This document shows positions 30,206 through 40,539 of a stretch of 64,000 bases of DNA, one piece after another; the stretch's first letter is position 1; every line of letters begins with the position of its first letter. This DNA comes from Pleurocapsa sp. (GTDB lineage Bacteria; Cyanobacteriota; Cyanobacteriia; Cyanobacteriales; Xenococcaceae), in the NCBI GenBank assembly GCA_050330395.1, contig JBHJNW010000088.1, positions 5,787-69,786 on the forward strand. The letters are read 5' to 3'. A program made the position numbers and the translations under genes. The notes under the pieces were generated by a model. The model was not told the origin of the DNA, made no database searches, and worked only from the letters and a program-made list of their open reading frames with translations.

Positions 30206-31648
30206 CTAACCACGCTTCCAGATTGTTACATTTCCAGGTTTATCGATCAAAGTAATACCTTGAGCTTGTAATTCATCCCGAAGGCGATCGCTTTGGGCAT
30301 AATTTTTATTCTTTCTCGCTTCGTTGCGCTGCTGCACTAAAACCTCAATTTCCGAGTCTTTTAATCCTCCAGTATCAGTGCTAATTCTTTCTGGCTTGGC
30401 TTCAAAACCCAAAATTTTGGCTAATTTAGTCAAAGTTCGCCATTGTTGTTCTAATTCTCTAGCTTCAGTCGAAGTCTTTCCTTCATGGGTCATAATATGC
30501 CCTTCTTTGCTCAAGTTTTTCGCAATCTCAAACAGCACAGCCAAACCACCAGCAAAATTGAAGTCATCGTCTACAGCTAATTTAAACTTATTTACTAATA
30601 CTTCATCTTGCAAATCGGCATGAGCAAAACCTAATTGTTGCCCATACTGATGACCAAACAACAATCCTGCTTTCAAAGTTGACCAGCTACTGGTAGCGGT
30701 AATTAAGGCTTCTTCTGTAAAATCTACAGGCTTGCGATACTGAGTTTGCAAAATGAACAACCGTACCGCCATAGACTCATATTTATCCAGCAGTTCACGG
30801 ATGGTAATAAAGTTGCCTAGTGACTTAGACATCTTTTTCCCTTCCACGATAATCATGCCGTTATGCAGCCAATAATTAGCCAGGGGTTTACCTGTTACCG
30901 CCTCCGATTGAGCAATCTCATTTTCATGATGAGGAAAAGTTAAATCGCTACCACCGACATGGATATCAATTGTTTCGCCCAGCATTTCGCGCACCATTGC
31001 CGAACATTCTATATGCCAGCCAGGGCGACCATTACCCCAAGGAGACTCCCAAGAAGGTTCATCTGCTTTGGCTGCTTTCCAAAGAGCAAAATCAAAAGGA
31101 TAATGTTTTTTACTACCCTCCGAATCTTCTACACCGACTCTACCGCTAGCACCCGCCTGCATATCATCAAGTTTCCTACCCGATAACTTGCCGTATTCAG
31201 GAAATTTTTGCACCGCATAGTAAACATCCCCCTGCGTAGGGTAAGCAAAACCTTTTTGTTCTAATTCATAAACCAGACGTTTAATTCCATCTAGGGTATG
31301 TGTAGCGCGGGGATAAGCATCTGCCTTGCCTACTCCCAACCTGGCCATATCTTCAAAATATGCTGCAATAAATTTCTCGGCAACCTCCTCCATTGATGTT
31401 CCTTCTTGCCTAGCGCGATTGAGAATTTTGTCGTCAATATCAGTAAAGTTCTGAATATAATTTACTTCGTAGCCAGACCATTGCAAGTAGCGACGCACAA
31501 CATCCCAAACCAAACAAGTTCTCGCATGACCAAGATGGCAATAATCATAGACAGTGATGCCACAGCAATACATCCGCACCTTATTTTCTTCAATGGTCTG
31601 AAACGTTGATTTGCTACGGGTAAGGGTATTGTATACGGTTAAAGTCAT
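30206..31648 (-). CDS. cysS: Cysteine-tRNA ligase
   Basis: 480 aa with class I signatures HLGHAR (HIGH) and KMSKS. Confidence 0.95.
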   Translation of the reverse strand: MTLTVYNTLTRSKSTFQTIEENKVRMYCCGITVYDYCHLGHARTCLVWDVVRRYLQWSGYEVNYIQNFTDIDDKILNRARQEGTSMEEVAEKFIAAYFEDMARLGVGKADAYPRATHTLDGIKRLVYELEQKGFAYPTQGDVYYAVQKFPEYGKLSGRKLDDMQAGASGRVGVEDSEGSKKHYPFDFALWKAAKADEPSWESPWGNGRPGWHIECSAMVREMLGETIDIHVGGSDLTFPHHENEIAQSEAVTGKPLANYWLHNGMIIVEGKKMSKSLGNFITIRELLDKYESMAVRLFILQTQYRKPVDFTEEALITATSSWSTLKAGLLFGHQYGQQLGFAHADLQDEVLVNKFKLAVDDDFNFAGGLAVLFEIAKNLSKEGHIMTHEGKTSTEARELEQQWRTLTKLAKILGFEAKPERISTDTGGLKDSEIEVLVQQRNEARKNKNYAQSDRLRDELQAQGITLIDKPGNVTIWKRG

Positions 31649-31821
31649 GACTTTAGTTTAGGGTGGAAATATTATTGCAGAGTCGCAAAGATCGAAGCTA
31701 AAAGTCAAGCTTCCTCGGTCAAAAGCTTGATATTTCATTTAACAGAAGCGATCGCCTTAAACGAAATTACCTCGATAAACTTTGATAGAATTCTAGATTA
31801 TCTTTACATAGCCTCCCGCCC

Positions 31822-33333
31822 ATGAAATCCGACTACTTGGAGAGGATTCTCAACGCTCGTGTTTATGATGTCGCTCAAGAATCGCCTTTAGAATATGCGC
31901 CTATTTTATCAGCTAGACTGAATAACAAGCTGCTATTAAAACGAGAAGATATGCAGTCGGTATTCTCCTTTAAGCTACGGGGCGCATATAACAAAATGGT
32001 GCAATTGCCACCTGATGTACTGCAACAGGGAGTGATTGCCGCCTCGGCGGGAAACCATGCTCAAGGGGTAGCTTTAGCTGCTCAACATTTAAAAACCACG
32101 GCAATTATTGTCATGCCTGTAACTACACCCGAGGTAAAGATAGATGCGGTAAAAGCTCGTGGTGCTACTGTAGTTTTGCAGGGGGATACTTATGATGATG
32201 CTTGCGCTTATGCTAAACAACTAGCTCAACAAAAAAGTTTAACTTTTATCCATCCCTTTGACGATCCCGATGTGATTGCGGGGCAGGGAACAATCGGCAT
32301 GGAAATTTTACGGCAATACCAGCAGCCCATACACGCAATTTTTGTGGCAATTGGTGGTGGTGGCTTAATTGCGGGAATTTCAGCATATATTAAGCGTTTA
32401 CGCCCAGAAATTAAGATTATTGGGGTAGAACCCGTTGAAGCTGATGCAATGTATCGATCGCTCAAAGCGGGATATCGAGTTTGTTTACCCAAAGTAGGCT
32501 TGTTTGCCGATGGCGTGGCGGTAAGAGAAGTGGGGGCGGAAACATTCCGTCTTTGCCAGGATTATGTAGACGAAATTATCTTAGTTGATACGGATGACAC
32601 TTGTGCTGCGATTAAGGACGTATTTCAAGATACACGCTCTATTTTAGAACCCGCTGGCGCATTAGCGATCGCTGGAGCGAAAGCCTATGTAGAACGGGAA
32701 AATATTACAGGAGAAACTTTAGTAGCGATCGCCTGTGGTGCCAATATGAACTTTGATCGCTTGCGGTTTGTCTCGGAAAGGGCGGAATTGGGCGAACGTC
32801 GCGAGGCAATCTTTGCGGTGACTATTCCCGAAGCGAGGGGCAGCTTTCGTAAGTTCTGTGAGTGTATTGGTAAGCGTAATCTGACTGAGTTTAACTATCG
32901 TATTTCTGACGACGAGAAAGCCTATATTTTTGTCGGCATCCAAATTCAAAATCGCGCTGATGCTGCTTCGATAGTAACTACTTTTGAGGAGCAAGGATTT
33001 GAAACTATCGATCTAACTGATGACGAACTGGCTAAGATGCACCTGCGTCATATGGTAGGAGGGCGATCGCCTCTAGCCCAAAATGAGCTACTGTATCGTT
33101 TTGAATTTCCCGAACGTCCAGGGGCATTAATCAAGTTTCTCAGCTGTATGAGTCCCAACTGGAACATTAGTCTATTTCACTATCGCAATAATGGTGCAGA
33201 CTATGGACGCATTGCCGTAGGAATGCAGGTTCCTCCTGATGAAATGGCTCAATGGCAAAAGTTTTTGAACTCAATGGGTTATCGTTATTGGGATGAAAGT
33301 TCTAATCCCTCTTATAAATTATTCCTGAGTTAA
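31822..33333 (+). CDS. ilvA: Biosynthetic threonine ammonia-lyase (threonine dehydratase)
   Basis: 503 aa. PLP-lysine motif SFKLRGAYN, a GGGGL loop, and two C-terminal ACT-like regulatory repeats. Confidence 0.9.
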   Translation: MKSDYLERILNARVYDVAQESPLEYAPILSARLNNKLLLKREDMQSVFSFKLRGAYNKMVQLPPDVLQQGVIAASAGNHAQGVALAAQHLKTTAIIVMPVTTPEVKIDAVKARGATVVLQGDTYDDACAYAKQLAQQKSLTFIHPFDDPDVIAGQGTIGMEILRQYQQPIHAIFVAIGGGGLIAGISAYIKRLRPEIKIIGVEPVEADAMYRSLKAGYRVCLPKVGLFADGVAVREVGAETFRLCQDYVDEIILVDTDDTCAAIKDVFQDTRSILEPAGALAIAGAKAYVERENITGETLVAIACGANMNFDRLRFVSERAELGERREAIFAVTIPEARGSFRKFCECIGKRNLTEFNYRISDDEKAYIFVGIQIQNRADAASIVTTFEEQGFETIDLTDDELAKMHLRHMVGGRSPLAQNELLYRFEFPERPGALIKFLSCMSPNWNISLFHYRNNGADYGRIAVGMQVPPDEMAQWQKFLNSMGYRYWDESSNPSYKLFLS

Positions 33334-33415
33334 ACATAAATAACCCAGGAACAAAACTATAAATTGTGGGCGAGCAACTTTTAAGTAAATCAAAACTTCT
33401 TGACTGTTGAACTTA

Positions 33416-33646
33416 TTACTCTTTCTGTTCAAACGAAACTGATTTATAATTATCTGTCGGTTTGATCGACGAGATTTTATCCAAATCTTGATTAATACAG
33501 CCTTTTTTCTGATCGGCGACGTATTGACAGACTCGCGCCCAAAGTTTGGTGCGATCGCCTGGTTTGCCCGCGCTAAATATTACTTCGCGATCGTTTTTAA
33601 TCTTAACCTGACAAACTGGGCAAATCTCGATATTTTCTGAAGACAT
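33416..33646 (-). CDS. Small Cys-containing (zinc-ribbon-like) hypothetical protein
   Basis: About 76 aa from the ATG at 33646. CPVC near the N-terminus plus two later Cys residues. Confidence 0.45.
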   Translation of the reverse strand: MSSENIEICPVCQVKIKNDREVIFSAGKPGDRTKLWARVCQYVADQKKGCINQDLDKISSIKPTDNYKSVSFEQKE

Positions 33647-33815
33647 AAGCCTTACCAACTAGTGCTTGCTTTAATCATCATACGTATTTTTGTTACCGAT
33701 GCTACTTATTAGGTGGCGATCTTAATCAAAAATAAAGTCGATCTGTTTTATTAACTTGCTAATCGATGGGCAGAGATACAATGCAAATAAGAGTAGGCTT
33801 AGTCGCATTGGATTG

Positions 33816-34424
33816 ATGACATATACCACCGACGAACTAATCAAAATACTAGACTCTGAGCTAAAAGAAAATTGGAAAGGAAAGCGTGTTGTCCTGTCTT
33901 CAGCGCAACGAATTAACGATCCTGTGATGGCAAAAGCCCTTAATATGGATCAGGTCAACAAAGTCTTTGCCTATCGTGATTTTCGCCATCAAATTCATGA
34001 ATATCAACAGCAACATGGAGTATCGGGCATTATTTGGCGCACCTGTACTTTTAACGAGCAAAGTATTACCTATCCTGAAATTCATAATCAATTGATTCCT
34101 ATCCAGGGGGATAAAGAAATTCTCATTTCTGCCCGTTCCCAAATTTTAAATTTTTGGCATCGAGTCACCTCCCAAATGAATTTCTGGCTAGTCAATAATC
34201 GAACTAACCGTCACGGTAATCATCATCAACCAATTTCACCAGAATATCTTCAGAAATTAGTCATCCAAACCGAGTGGGCAGAAATCGATGCAGCCCTTAC
34301 CGAGATATACCTTGGCTTGTGTTGGGGCGATCCTCGAGATCATCAATACCAGTGGGCAAAACCAAAATCAGGTTGCGATCGCATTATCGCTACTAGATCC
34401 GAACCGAGCGCAATCAAGATATAG
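33816..34424 (+). CDS. Hypothetical protein
   Basis: About 202 aa from the ATG at 33816 (the track starts at the TTG at 33756). No motif recognised. Confidence 0.5.
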   Translation: MTYTTDELIKILDSELKENWKGKRVVLSSAQRINDPVMAKALNMDQVNKVFAYRDFRHQIHEYQQQHGVSGIIWRTCTFNEQSITYPEIHNQLIPIQGDKEILISARSQILNFWHRVTSQMNFWLVNNRTNRHGNHHQPISPEYLQKLVIQTEWAEIDAALTEIYLGLCWGDPRDHQYQWAKPKSGCDRIIATRSEPSAIKI

Positions 34425-34628
34425 TGGTTTAGATGAAGATTACTCCATCACGGGGCTTATCAAGGGTAGAACCTGCGTCCTCCCATATGCGCAGCGGTAT
34501 ACCACAAGGGTATATCCGAAGGTGTATCCGTGATAGACAACGTCCTTTAGGACAGCCGCTCGTAAAACTGGTGTGAGTTGATTTCAGAAAATATGTCTTA
34601 ATTATTAAAATTTTGAAGCAAAAAGTTT

Positions 34629-34943
34629 ATGTCTCAACAACACGCGGTAGGCGTAATCCAAACTTTAGGTTTTCCTGCTGTTTTAGCTGCTTCTGATGCG
34701 ATGTTAAAAGCTGGTCGCGTCACTCTAGTTTATTTTGACAAGGGAGAAAGTGGTACTTTTGTCATTGCGATTCGTGGTCCAATTTCGGAAGTAAGACCGT
34801 CAATGGAAGCGGGATTAAAGGCAGCGGAAAATACTTTTGGTGGCGAGGTAACAACCCACTATACCGTTCCTAATCCGCCTGACAATGTGGTTACGGTTTT
34901 GCCCATTGATTATACCGAACAAGTAGAGCAATTTCGCTCCTAG
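34629..34943 (+). CDS. ccmK3: Carboxysome shell protein CcmK3 (BMC-H)
   Basis: 104 aa. AVGVIQTLGFPAVLAASDAMLKAGRVTLVYFD...VPNPPDNVVTVLP closely matches the CcmK3 sequence of Synechocystis as I recall it. Confidence 0.8.
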   Translation: MSQQHAVGVIQTLGFPAVLAASDAMLKAGRVTLVYFDKGESGTFVIAIRGPISEVRPSMEAGLKAAENTFGGEVTTHYTVPNPPDNVVTVLPIDYTEQVEQFRS

Positions 34944-35068
34944 CTTATCTTTGATCAAAAGTTGAATTTATTCAACAATTACCGCGCGTCAGTTAAAATT
35001 AGTACTCGTCAAGGTAATTTAGCCTTACTAAATTTCTATTTGTAATTAATAATTTCAGGAGCAAATTT

Positions 35069-35419
35069 ATGCCATCTCAATCTGCCGTGGGGTCGATCGA
35101 AACAAAAGGATTCCCAGGCATCTTAGCAGCAGCCGATGCTATGGTAAAAGCCGGGCGAGTAACCTTAGTCGGCTATATTCGCGTCGGTAGTGCGCGCTTT
35201 AACGTTAATATTCGTGGCGATGTTTCAGAAGTTAAAACGGCTATGGCTGCGGGAATTGAGGCTGTCAAAAAAGCCGAAGGCGCGACTTTAGAGTCTTGGG
35301 TGATTATTCCTCGTCCTCATGAAAATGTCTGTGCCGTATTACCAATTGACTATACTGATGAAGTCTTGCCTTATCTAGATCGCGTCGAGGGTAGAACATT
35401 GCCTATTGCACCCAATTAA
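35069..35419 (+). CDS. ccmK4: Carboxysome shell protein CcmK4 (BMC-H)
   Basis: 116 aa. SAVGSIETKGFPGILAAADAMVKAGRVTLVGYIRVGSARFNVNIRGDVSEVKTAMAAG...IIPRPHENV is near-identical in pattern to known CcmK4. Confidence 0.85.
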   Translation: MPSQSAVGSIETKGFPGILAAADAMVKAGRVTLVGYIRVGSARFNVNIRGDVSEVKTAMAAGIEAVKKAEGATLESWVIIPRPHENVCAVLPIDYTDEVLPYLDRVEGRTLPIAPN

Positions 35420-35442
35420 ATTGCTTGAGTTGCTTCATTTAC

Positions 35443-35472
35443 GGATGGGTCTAATCATCGCTTTACCCATCC
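35443..35472 (+). terminator. Possible terminator hairpin after ccmK4
   Basis: 8-bp stem GGATGGGT / ACCCATCC with a 14-nt loop, followed by ATCCTGTATTTTC. The short stem makes this modest support. Confidence 0.3.
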
Positions 35473-35510
35473 ATCCTGTATTTTCTACTATTGACTTGAA
35501 TAGTTAGAGT

Positions 35511-36065
35511 CTAATTATCCATCGTAGATAACTTTCTTTTTAAAGCTCTGACATAGAGGAAAATCGGGAACTGATAATACTCAATAATTAGCCAAATAAT
35601 ACAGCTTAGGTGAGCGCAAAAAGTCAAAATTGTCCAAGTTAGAGGAAGCCACGATAGCAAGCTACCATCCATAGGCGGAAATAAATATACTCCTGTGCCA
35701 ATGATCGATGTGGGAATCACCACAAAAGCCAAAGCAAATAATACATAAGCCCATCCCACTTCAGCACCTTCTCGGTGGATACCCTTCCAGATCTTACCAT
35801 TCCAGTACCATGTCAGAGGAAGTTGACTGTCTACCATTTTGAGTAACTGTTTATCAAAGTTAGTCGTAAAAATGTGCTGACAAAAATTACAAGAAAAAGT
35901 CTCCATTAAAGGCATTTCGGTAACTTTACCATGACGACATACGGGACAAGGATATTCTCCACGGTCATGAAAGCGATGATGCTCTGTCCATTCTTGTTGT
36001 AAAAGATCGATTTTCTCGATTTTCGAGTTTGTGAGTGAACTATGAGAATTATGAGCGTTAGCCAT
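35511..36065 (-). CDS. Membrane protein with an N-terminal zinc-ribbon-like domain
   Basis: 184 aa. CPVC...CNFC pairs in the N-terminal half and two or three TM helices in the C-terminal half. Confidence 0.55.
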   Translation of the reverse strand: MANAHNSHSSLTNSKIEKIDLLQQEWTEHHRFHDRGEYPCPVCRHGKVTEMPLMETFSCNFCQHIFTTNFDKQLLKMVDSQLPLTWYWNGKIWKGIHREGAEVGWAYVLFALAFVVIPTSIIGTGVYLFPPMDGSLLSWLPLTWTILTFCAHLSCIIWLIIEYYQFPIFLYVRALKRKLSTMDN

Positions 36066-36410
36066 ATACTTCAGATGTCGTGATACTTTTCAAGTGACGA
36101 TAGATATGAAAATTATCTAGCTGGTAATTTGTCTTTAACTATTGTTTAACTAAATGCTCGATTGCTGCGTCATATAGACACAGTAAATTATACAAAATGC
36201 TGCTGATCCACATCTGTTGATTAGCATTCGATATTGATTTAGAATTTAGAGTGTAGTAATTATAGCTAGCTTCGTATAGCTAATCACTAAGTCCAGCTAT
36301 ATTTGATATAAATATCAATATTAATTCGCAGAATAAACTTTTATTGTAAATATTATGGGTATGTGACTAACAACTATAGAGAATATCTATTTTAAGTCTT
36401 CTTGATTCTT

Positions 36411-37427
36411 TTAGAGGTTGGTAGTCAATCTAGCTTTTCTGAGCATAAACTGCAAAAGCGTTTCTTCTCTGGAAATAATGTCAGCTTGACTTTCCATTCC
36501 CAATTGCAGCGAACAGTGATTTTTTTCTCTACCAAAAATATTGCTATTGGGAGTAATCAAAACTTCATAAAAAGAGGTCTGTTTTTGGACTTGAGAACTA
36601 TTATCCGTCTGTTGAGTTGGTGGTTTACTGGTGTCTTTAGCAATTTGACGAACCTTACCTTGAAGAATGCCGTAGTCAGGATAGGGACAAGCAGAAACTC
36701 GCATCTGTACTTCTTGTCCTACCTTTAACTTGCCAATATCTTGAGCTAATACTGCTGCTTTCATTTCGCTCTGAGAATTTTCGGGAATGATTCGGGTGAT
36801 TTCTTCTCCAGGCTGTACGGTTTGTCCTTGATTACGTAAACCAAGCTGAAAAATTGTCCCTGCGGCGGTGGCAGCTATCTTAGTTTGGCTAAGCTCTTTG
36901 TTGACCTGATTTAGCTCTTCTGTATCTTGCTCTAGCTGCTTGTCGATCTCGATGCGTTGTTGAATTAAAGCTTCTGTTTCTCGATTTAAACCTGCTATAG
37001 TGGCTCGACCAGATTTTTTGGCTTGTTCGATGCGCTGTAAAGATATATCAATCTCTGCGGTCGAGGGATTGAGTGCAGCAACTGCTCGTTGCTGTCTGGC
37101 TTTGGCAGCTTCTAGCTCTTGCTCTTGTCGGTTGACTTCTAACTCAGCTTCTGCCAGTTGATCTTTACCAATTGCTCCAGCTTGCGCTACCGATTTATAG
37201 CGGTTATATTTCGCTCTAGCGGCGTTTAAAGTTGCTTCAACTGCTTTAACTTGAGCTTGGGATTCTGCTACTTGAGTAGTAACCTCAGTTTTTTTATCTT
37301 GATAGTTGCGCTGACTGCCTGCCAGTTCTGAGTTGGCTGCTGCAACCTCGGATTGATTGCGCTCGGTTTCGGCAATCATTTGACTGGCTAGACTAGCAAT
37401 TTGAGCGTTGAGTTGTGTTAACTGCAA
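36411..37427 (-). CDS. HlyD-family periplasmic adaptor, C-terminal fragment (coiled coil plus beta-barrel). It continues the upstream ORF after a frameshift.
   Basis: Long Q/A/E-rich coiled coils, then barrel-like segments (GTIFQLGLRNQGQTVQPGEEITRIIP; VSACPYPDYGILQGKV). The listed start is a TTG inside an open frame that extends upstream to 37512. Confidence 0.75.
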   Translation of the reverse strand: MQLTQLNAQIASLASQMIAETERNQSEVAAANSELAGSQRNYQDKKTEVTTQVAESQAQVKAVEATLNAARAKYNRYKSVAQAGAIGKDQLAEAELEVNRQEQELEAAKARQQRAVAALNPSTAEIDISLQRIEQAKKSGRATIAGLNRETEALIQQRIEIDKQLEQDTEELNQVNKELSQTKIAATAAGTIFQLGLRNQGQTVQPGEEITRIIPENSQSEMKAAVLAQDIGKLKVGQEVQMRVSACPYPDYGILQGKVRQIAKDTSKPPTQQTDNSSQVQKQTSFYEVLITPNSNIFGREKNHCSLQLGMESQADIISREETLLQFMLRKARLTTNL

Positions 37428-37512
37428 TCTTTGTTGCTCTATGCCTGTTTTGAGTTGGTTTTGCTTGGTTTGAAAGCGAGAACGATCAATAATGGCGATC
37501 GCTTGTCCTTGC

Positions 37513-38298
37513 TTAACGGTTTTGAGCCTCTTTGACCAAGATCTGGGAAATTTGGCCTTCCACTGCTGCTTGAACCAGATGTAATTCTGTTACTGGTCGA
37601 ACGATTGCACTGGCTCTGACAACTGTTTTGTATTTAAAGACAGAGGCAGCAGGAATAGCTAAGACAATCAGCATAACTACTGAAATTCCTCCCTTAGTAA
37701 GCCATTGACTTACAGGAGGCAATAAATCATCGGCTTGGTTTGATGCTAGTTGCTGAGAGTCTGATTGACGAATGCTGGAATAGTTGTCTAATGATGCTGT
37801 TACTTGGGGACTGTTTATTTTAGAAGAACGATCAACATTTGGCGCTAGCTGAATTTTTTTGAATAATTGAGAACCAAAATGAGAGTAGCCTTTGCCAACT
37901 GAGTGAATCGCCGTCACCAAATCTTCTGTGGGTGTGGTTTTAAGGATATAGCCATCCGCTCCCGCAGCGATTATTTTTTGAACATATTCTTGATGTTCGT
38001 AGCTACTGAGGATCAAAATTTTACAGTTAGGAAAACGCTGGGAAATAACCTTGGTTGCCTCAATACCGTTCATTTTAGGCATTTCGATGTCAATTAGTAC
38101 CACATCTGGCTTTAAAGACTCTACCTGAGCGATCGCTGTCTCGCCGTCGCTGGCAAGGCCCACAATTTGTAAATCGACTCTCGAAGACAACATTTGCTGC
38201 AATTTATGCTGGACAAATTTTTGGTCGTCAACTAGCAAAATTTTGATGACATCAATAGCAGGAACTGGGAGTGGGAAATTATTTTGATTGGTATACAT
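37513..38298 (-). CDS. Response-regulator receiver domain fused to the TM anchor and first strands of an HlyD adaptor (N-terminal fragment)
   Basis: REC motifs ILLVDDQ, DVVLIDIEMP (phospho-acceptor Asp context), ILILSS and DGYILK. These are followed by a linker, a TM (GISVVMLIVLAIPAASVF) and the HlyD-type start VRPVTELHLVQAAVEGQISQILVKE. The ORF stops 3 codons after a 4-A run. Confidence 0.75.
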   Translation of the reverse strand: MYTNQNNFPLPVPAIDVIKILLVDDQKFVQHKLQQMLSSRVDLQIVGLASDGETAIAQVESLKPDVVLIDIEMPKMNGIEATKVISQRFPNCKILILSSYEHQEYVQKIIAAGADGYILKTTPTEDLVTAIHSVGKGYSHFGSQLFKKIQLAPNVDRSSKINSPQVTASLDNYSSIRQSDSQQLASNQADDLLPPVSQWLTKGGISVVMLIVLAIPAASVFKYKTVVRASAIVRPVTELHLVQAAVEGQISQILVKEAQNR

Positions 38299-38331
38299 TA
38301 TCGATCAATAAAAATGATTCAATGCCTAGTT

Positions 38332-40539
38332 TTAATTCGGCTTAAACGGTAAATCGGCGATCGCTCTGCCGTTACGATTACCTCGAGAAAAAGAGCCATC
38401 GAGGAAATCTAAATGTTCTCCCGATATCTCGCGTAATTCGTCTGGAGTCCCCTGGATTTTTAGTTTTCCTTGGTCTAACATCACAATCCAATCAGCGCGC
38501 TCGATTACTTTGGGACGATGGCTAATCATAATCGTCGTTTTATTTTGGCGATGACATAGCAATTGTTCTAGAACCTGATGTTCGCTCACAGGGTCTAATG
38601 CGCCTGTAGATTCATCTAAGATCAACACTGGTGGATTGTTAACTATCGCTCTGGCGATCGCTAATCGCTGTTTTTGTCCCCCCGATAGATTTGCTCCAAA
38701 TTCACCTAAAACGGTTTGATATTTATCGGGTAATTTACTAATAAATTCATCCGCACCAGCAATTTTACAAGCTTGGAGGATTTGTTCAAAGGTGATTAGT
38801 GGATAACCCAAGGTGAAATTTTCAATAATCGAACGACTCCAAAAATGCGCTTCTTGCGGAATTAGTACTACCTGCTGTCGCCAACAGTCTAAATCGATGT
38901 CAGATTGGTTATACAAACCGATGCTAAGATTGCCAGATTGAGTCGAATAAAGATTGGCAATTAATTTAGATAGGGTGCTTTTACCGCATCCAGATTTACC
39001 AGCTAGAGCAGTTACTTTTCCCCCAGGAATATTTAAAGAGAAATCCTGGAGCAATTCAACTCTACCAGGATAGCTAAAGCCGATATTTTCGCAAACGATA
39101 TCTGCATTGCCAGCCAGTTGAACTACCGGCTTGTTTTTTTCTAGGTTGCTTTCTGGAGTATGATCGATAACTTCTGTAAGACGCTGAGTAGCAGTTTTTA
39201 CACGAGTCCATTCATCGACAAATTGAATTGTCGTACTAATCAAACCCAAAAAATTAGCAGTCATGCTATTGAAAGCTAACAGCTGTCCGATACTTAAGCG
39301 ATCGCTAAAAACCAGGGTGCTACCATACCAAAGCAGTGTCACACTGCCGATACTCGAAACTAACTTAGAAAAGGTGTAGTTAAAAATTCCAATTTGAGCA
39401 GTACGGTAAGTTTGATTGGCAAAGCTACCGAAGCGTACCTGCAATTCTGACCATAATTGGGGTGCAGCAGCCGTAGTCTTAAAAGTTAAAGCACCTTTAA
39501 AGGTTTCGACTAAAACCCCTTGATTTTCTGAATCTAAAACCATAACTCGACGGACTTTTTGTTGCAGCGTCGGTAAAAAGATTACTGTCGAGATGGTCAT
39601 GCAAACAGCAATGGCTATTGCCACCAAGGTGAGGGATACACTGTAAAACAGCATAAATCCCAAAGAAATTATAGCGATGAAAAACTGACTGGGTAAGCTA
39701 ATTACTACCTGCGCTACCAACTGATTAATTTCTTGCACATCTTCTAGACGGCTGACTATTTCGCCGCTACGACGAGCTTCAAAGTAGGTTAGGGGCAAAC
39801 GTAATAGCGTTCTAGCAAATTCTAAAATTAGTCCCAACTCTAGTTTTTGGGCGAAATGAGTGATCAGGTTGTATTCAACCAATTCCAGCCACGCACTAAC
39901 TAGATTCATCGCGATCACAGCGATCGCTAATCCCGTTAATAATTGTCTGTCGCCTCGAATTAATACATCATCAGTCAAAATTTGAATTAAAAAAGGATAA
40001 GCCAGAGAGAGTAAACCAATTACCTGAGCGCAAATGGAGGCTTCAATTAACGTACCTCGATAAAGCCATAGCTGATTAAAAAATCTGCTCAAACCTTGAC
40101 CGTTTTTTTCATCTTGCTGGTGATAAAAATGTATTGGATCTGGTTCTAACAGCAGCATGATCAAATCAGTCCAACTTTCGACTAATTCTGTACGAGAAAT
40201 ATAACGAATTCCGCTTGCTGGATCGGCAATAATATATTTGCCACGACGTTGACCATGTAACACCACCCAGTGATAACCTTTCCAGTGAATAATGGCTGGC
40301 AAAGAAGCAGATTTAAGATTATCAATAATATTTGGGGAAGCCCGCACTGGACGAGTATTCAAACCCAGAGAAGCTGCACCTCTTCTCAATCCCAGCATCG
40401 TTGTTCCTAGTTGCCCCGTACCCACGGCTTCGCGAATGCGATTTAAAGTTAAGGTACGTCCATAATGCTGGCAAATCGTTCCTAAACAAGCCGCACCACA
40501 GTCTGTTTCACTATGCTGTAAAACAACTGAATATTTCAC
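38332..40539 (-). CDS. Bacteriocin-type ABC exporter with an N-terminal C39 peptidase domain (double-glycine leader processing)
   Basis: 735 aa. C39 catalytic Cys context QHSETDCGAACLG and His context GYHWVVLHG, six-TM ABC membrane domain, Walker A GKSGCGKST, signature LSGGQKQR, Walker B VLILDE. Confidence 0.9.
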   Translation of the reverse strand: MKYSVVLQHSETDCGAACLGTICQHYGRTLTLNRIREAVGTGQLGTTMLGLRRGAASLGLNTRPVRASPNIIDNLKSASLPAIIHWKGYHWVVLHGQRRGKYIIADPASGIRYISRTELVESWTDLIMLLLEPDPIHFYHQQDEKNGQGLSRFFNQLWLYRGTLIEASICAQVIGLLSLAYPFLIQILTDDVLIRGDRQLLTGLAIAVIAMNLVSAWLELVEYNLITHFAQKLELGLILEFARTLLRLPLTYFEARRSGEIVSRLEDVQEINQLVAQVVISLPSQFFIAIISLGFMLFYSVSLTLVAIAIAVCMTISTVIFLPTLQQKVRRVMVLDSENQGVLVETFKGALTFKTTAAAPQLWSELQVRFGSFANQTYRTAQIGIFNYTFSKLVSSIGSVTLLWYGSTLVFSDRLSIGQLLAFNSMTANFLGLISTTIQFVDEWTRVKTATQRLTEVIDHTPESNLEKNKPVVQLAGNADIVCENIGFSYPGRVELLQDFSLNIPGGKVTALAGKSGCGKSTLSKLIANLYSTQSGNLSIGLYNQSDIDLDCWRQQVVLIPQEAHFWSRSIIENFTLGYPLITFEQILQACKIAGADEFISKLPDKYQTVLGEFGANLSGGQKQRLAIARAIVNNPPVLILDESTGALDPVSEHQVLEQLLCHRQNKTTIMISHRPKVIERADWIVMLDQGKLKIQGTPDELREISGEHLDFLDGSFSRGNRNGRAIADLPFKPN

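Noticed and set aside
34288-34533. 81-aa + strand ORF overlapping the end of the 222-aa gene and the ccmK3 leader.
   Set aside because: It overlaps a better ORF and has no motifs. Its second half is the GC-rich non-coding patch, so it is probably spurious.
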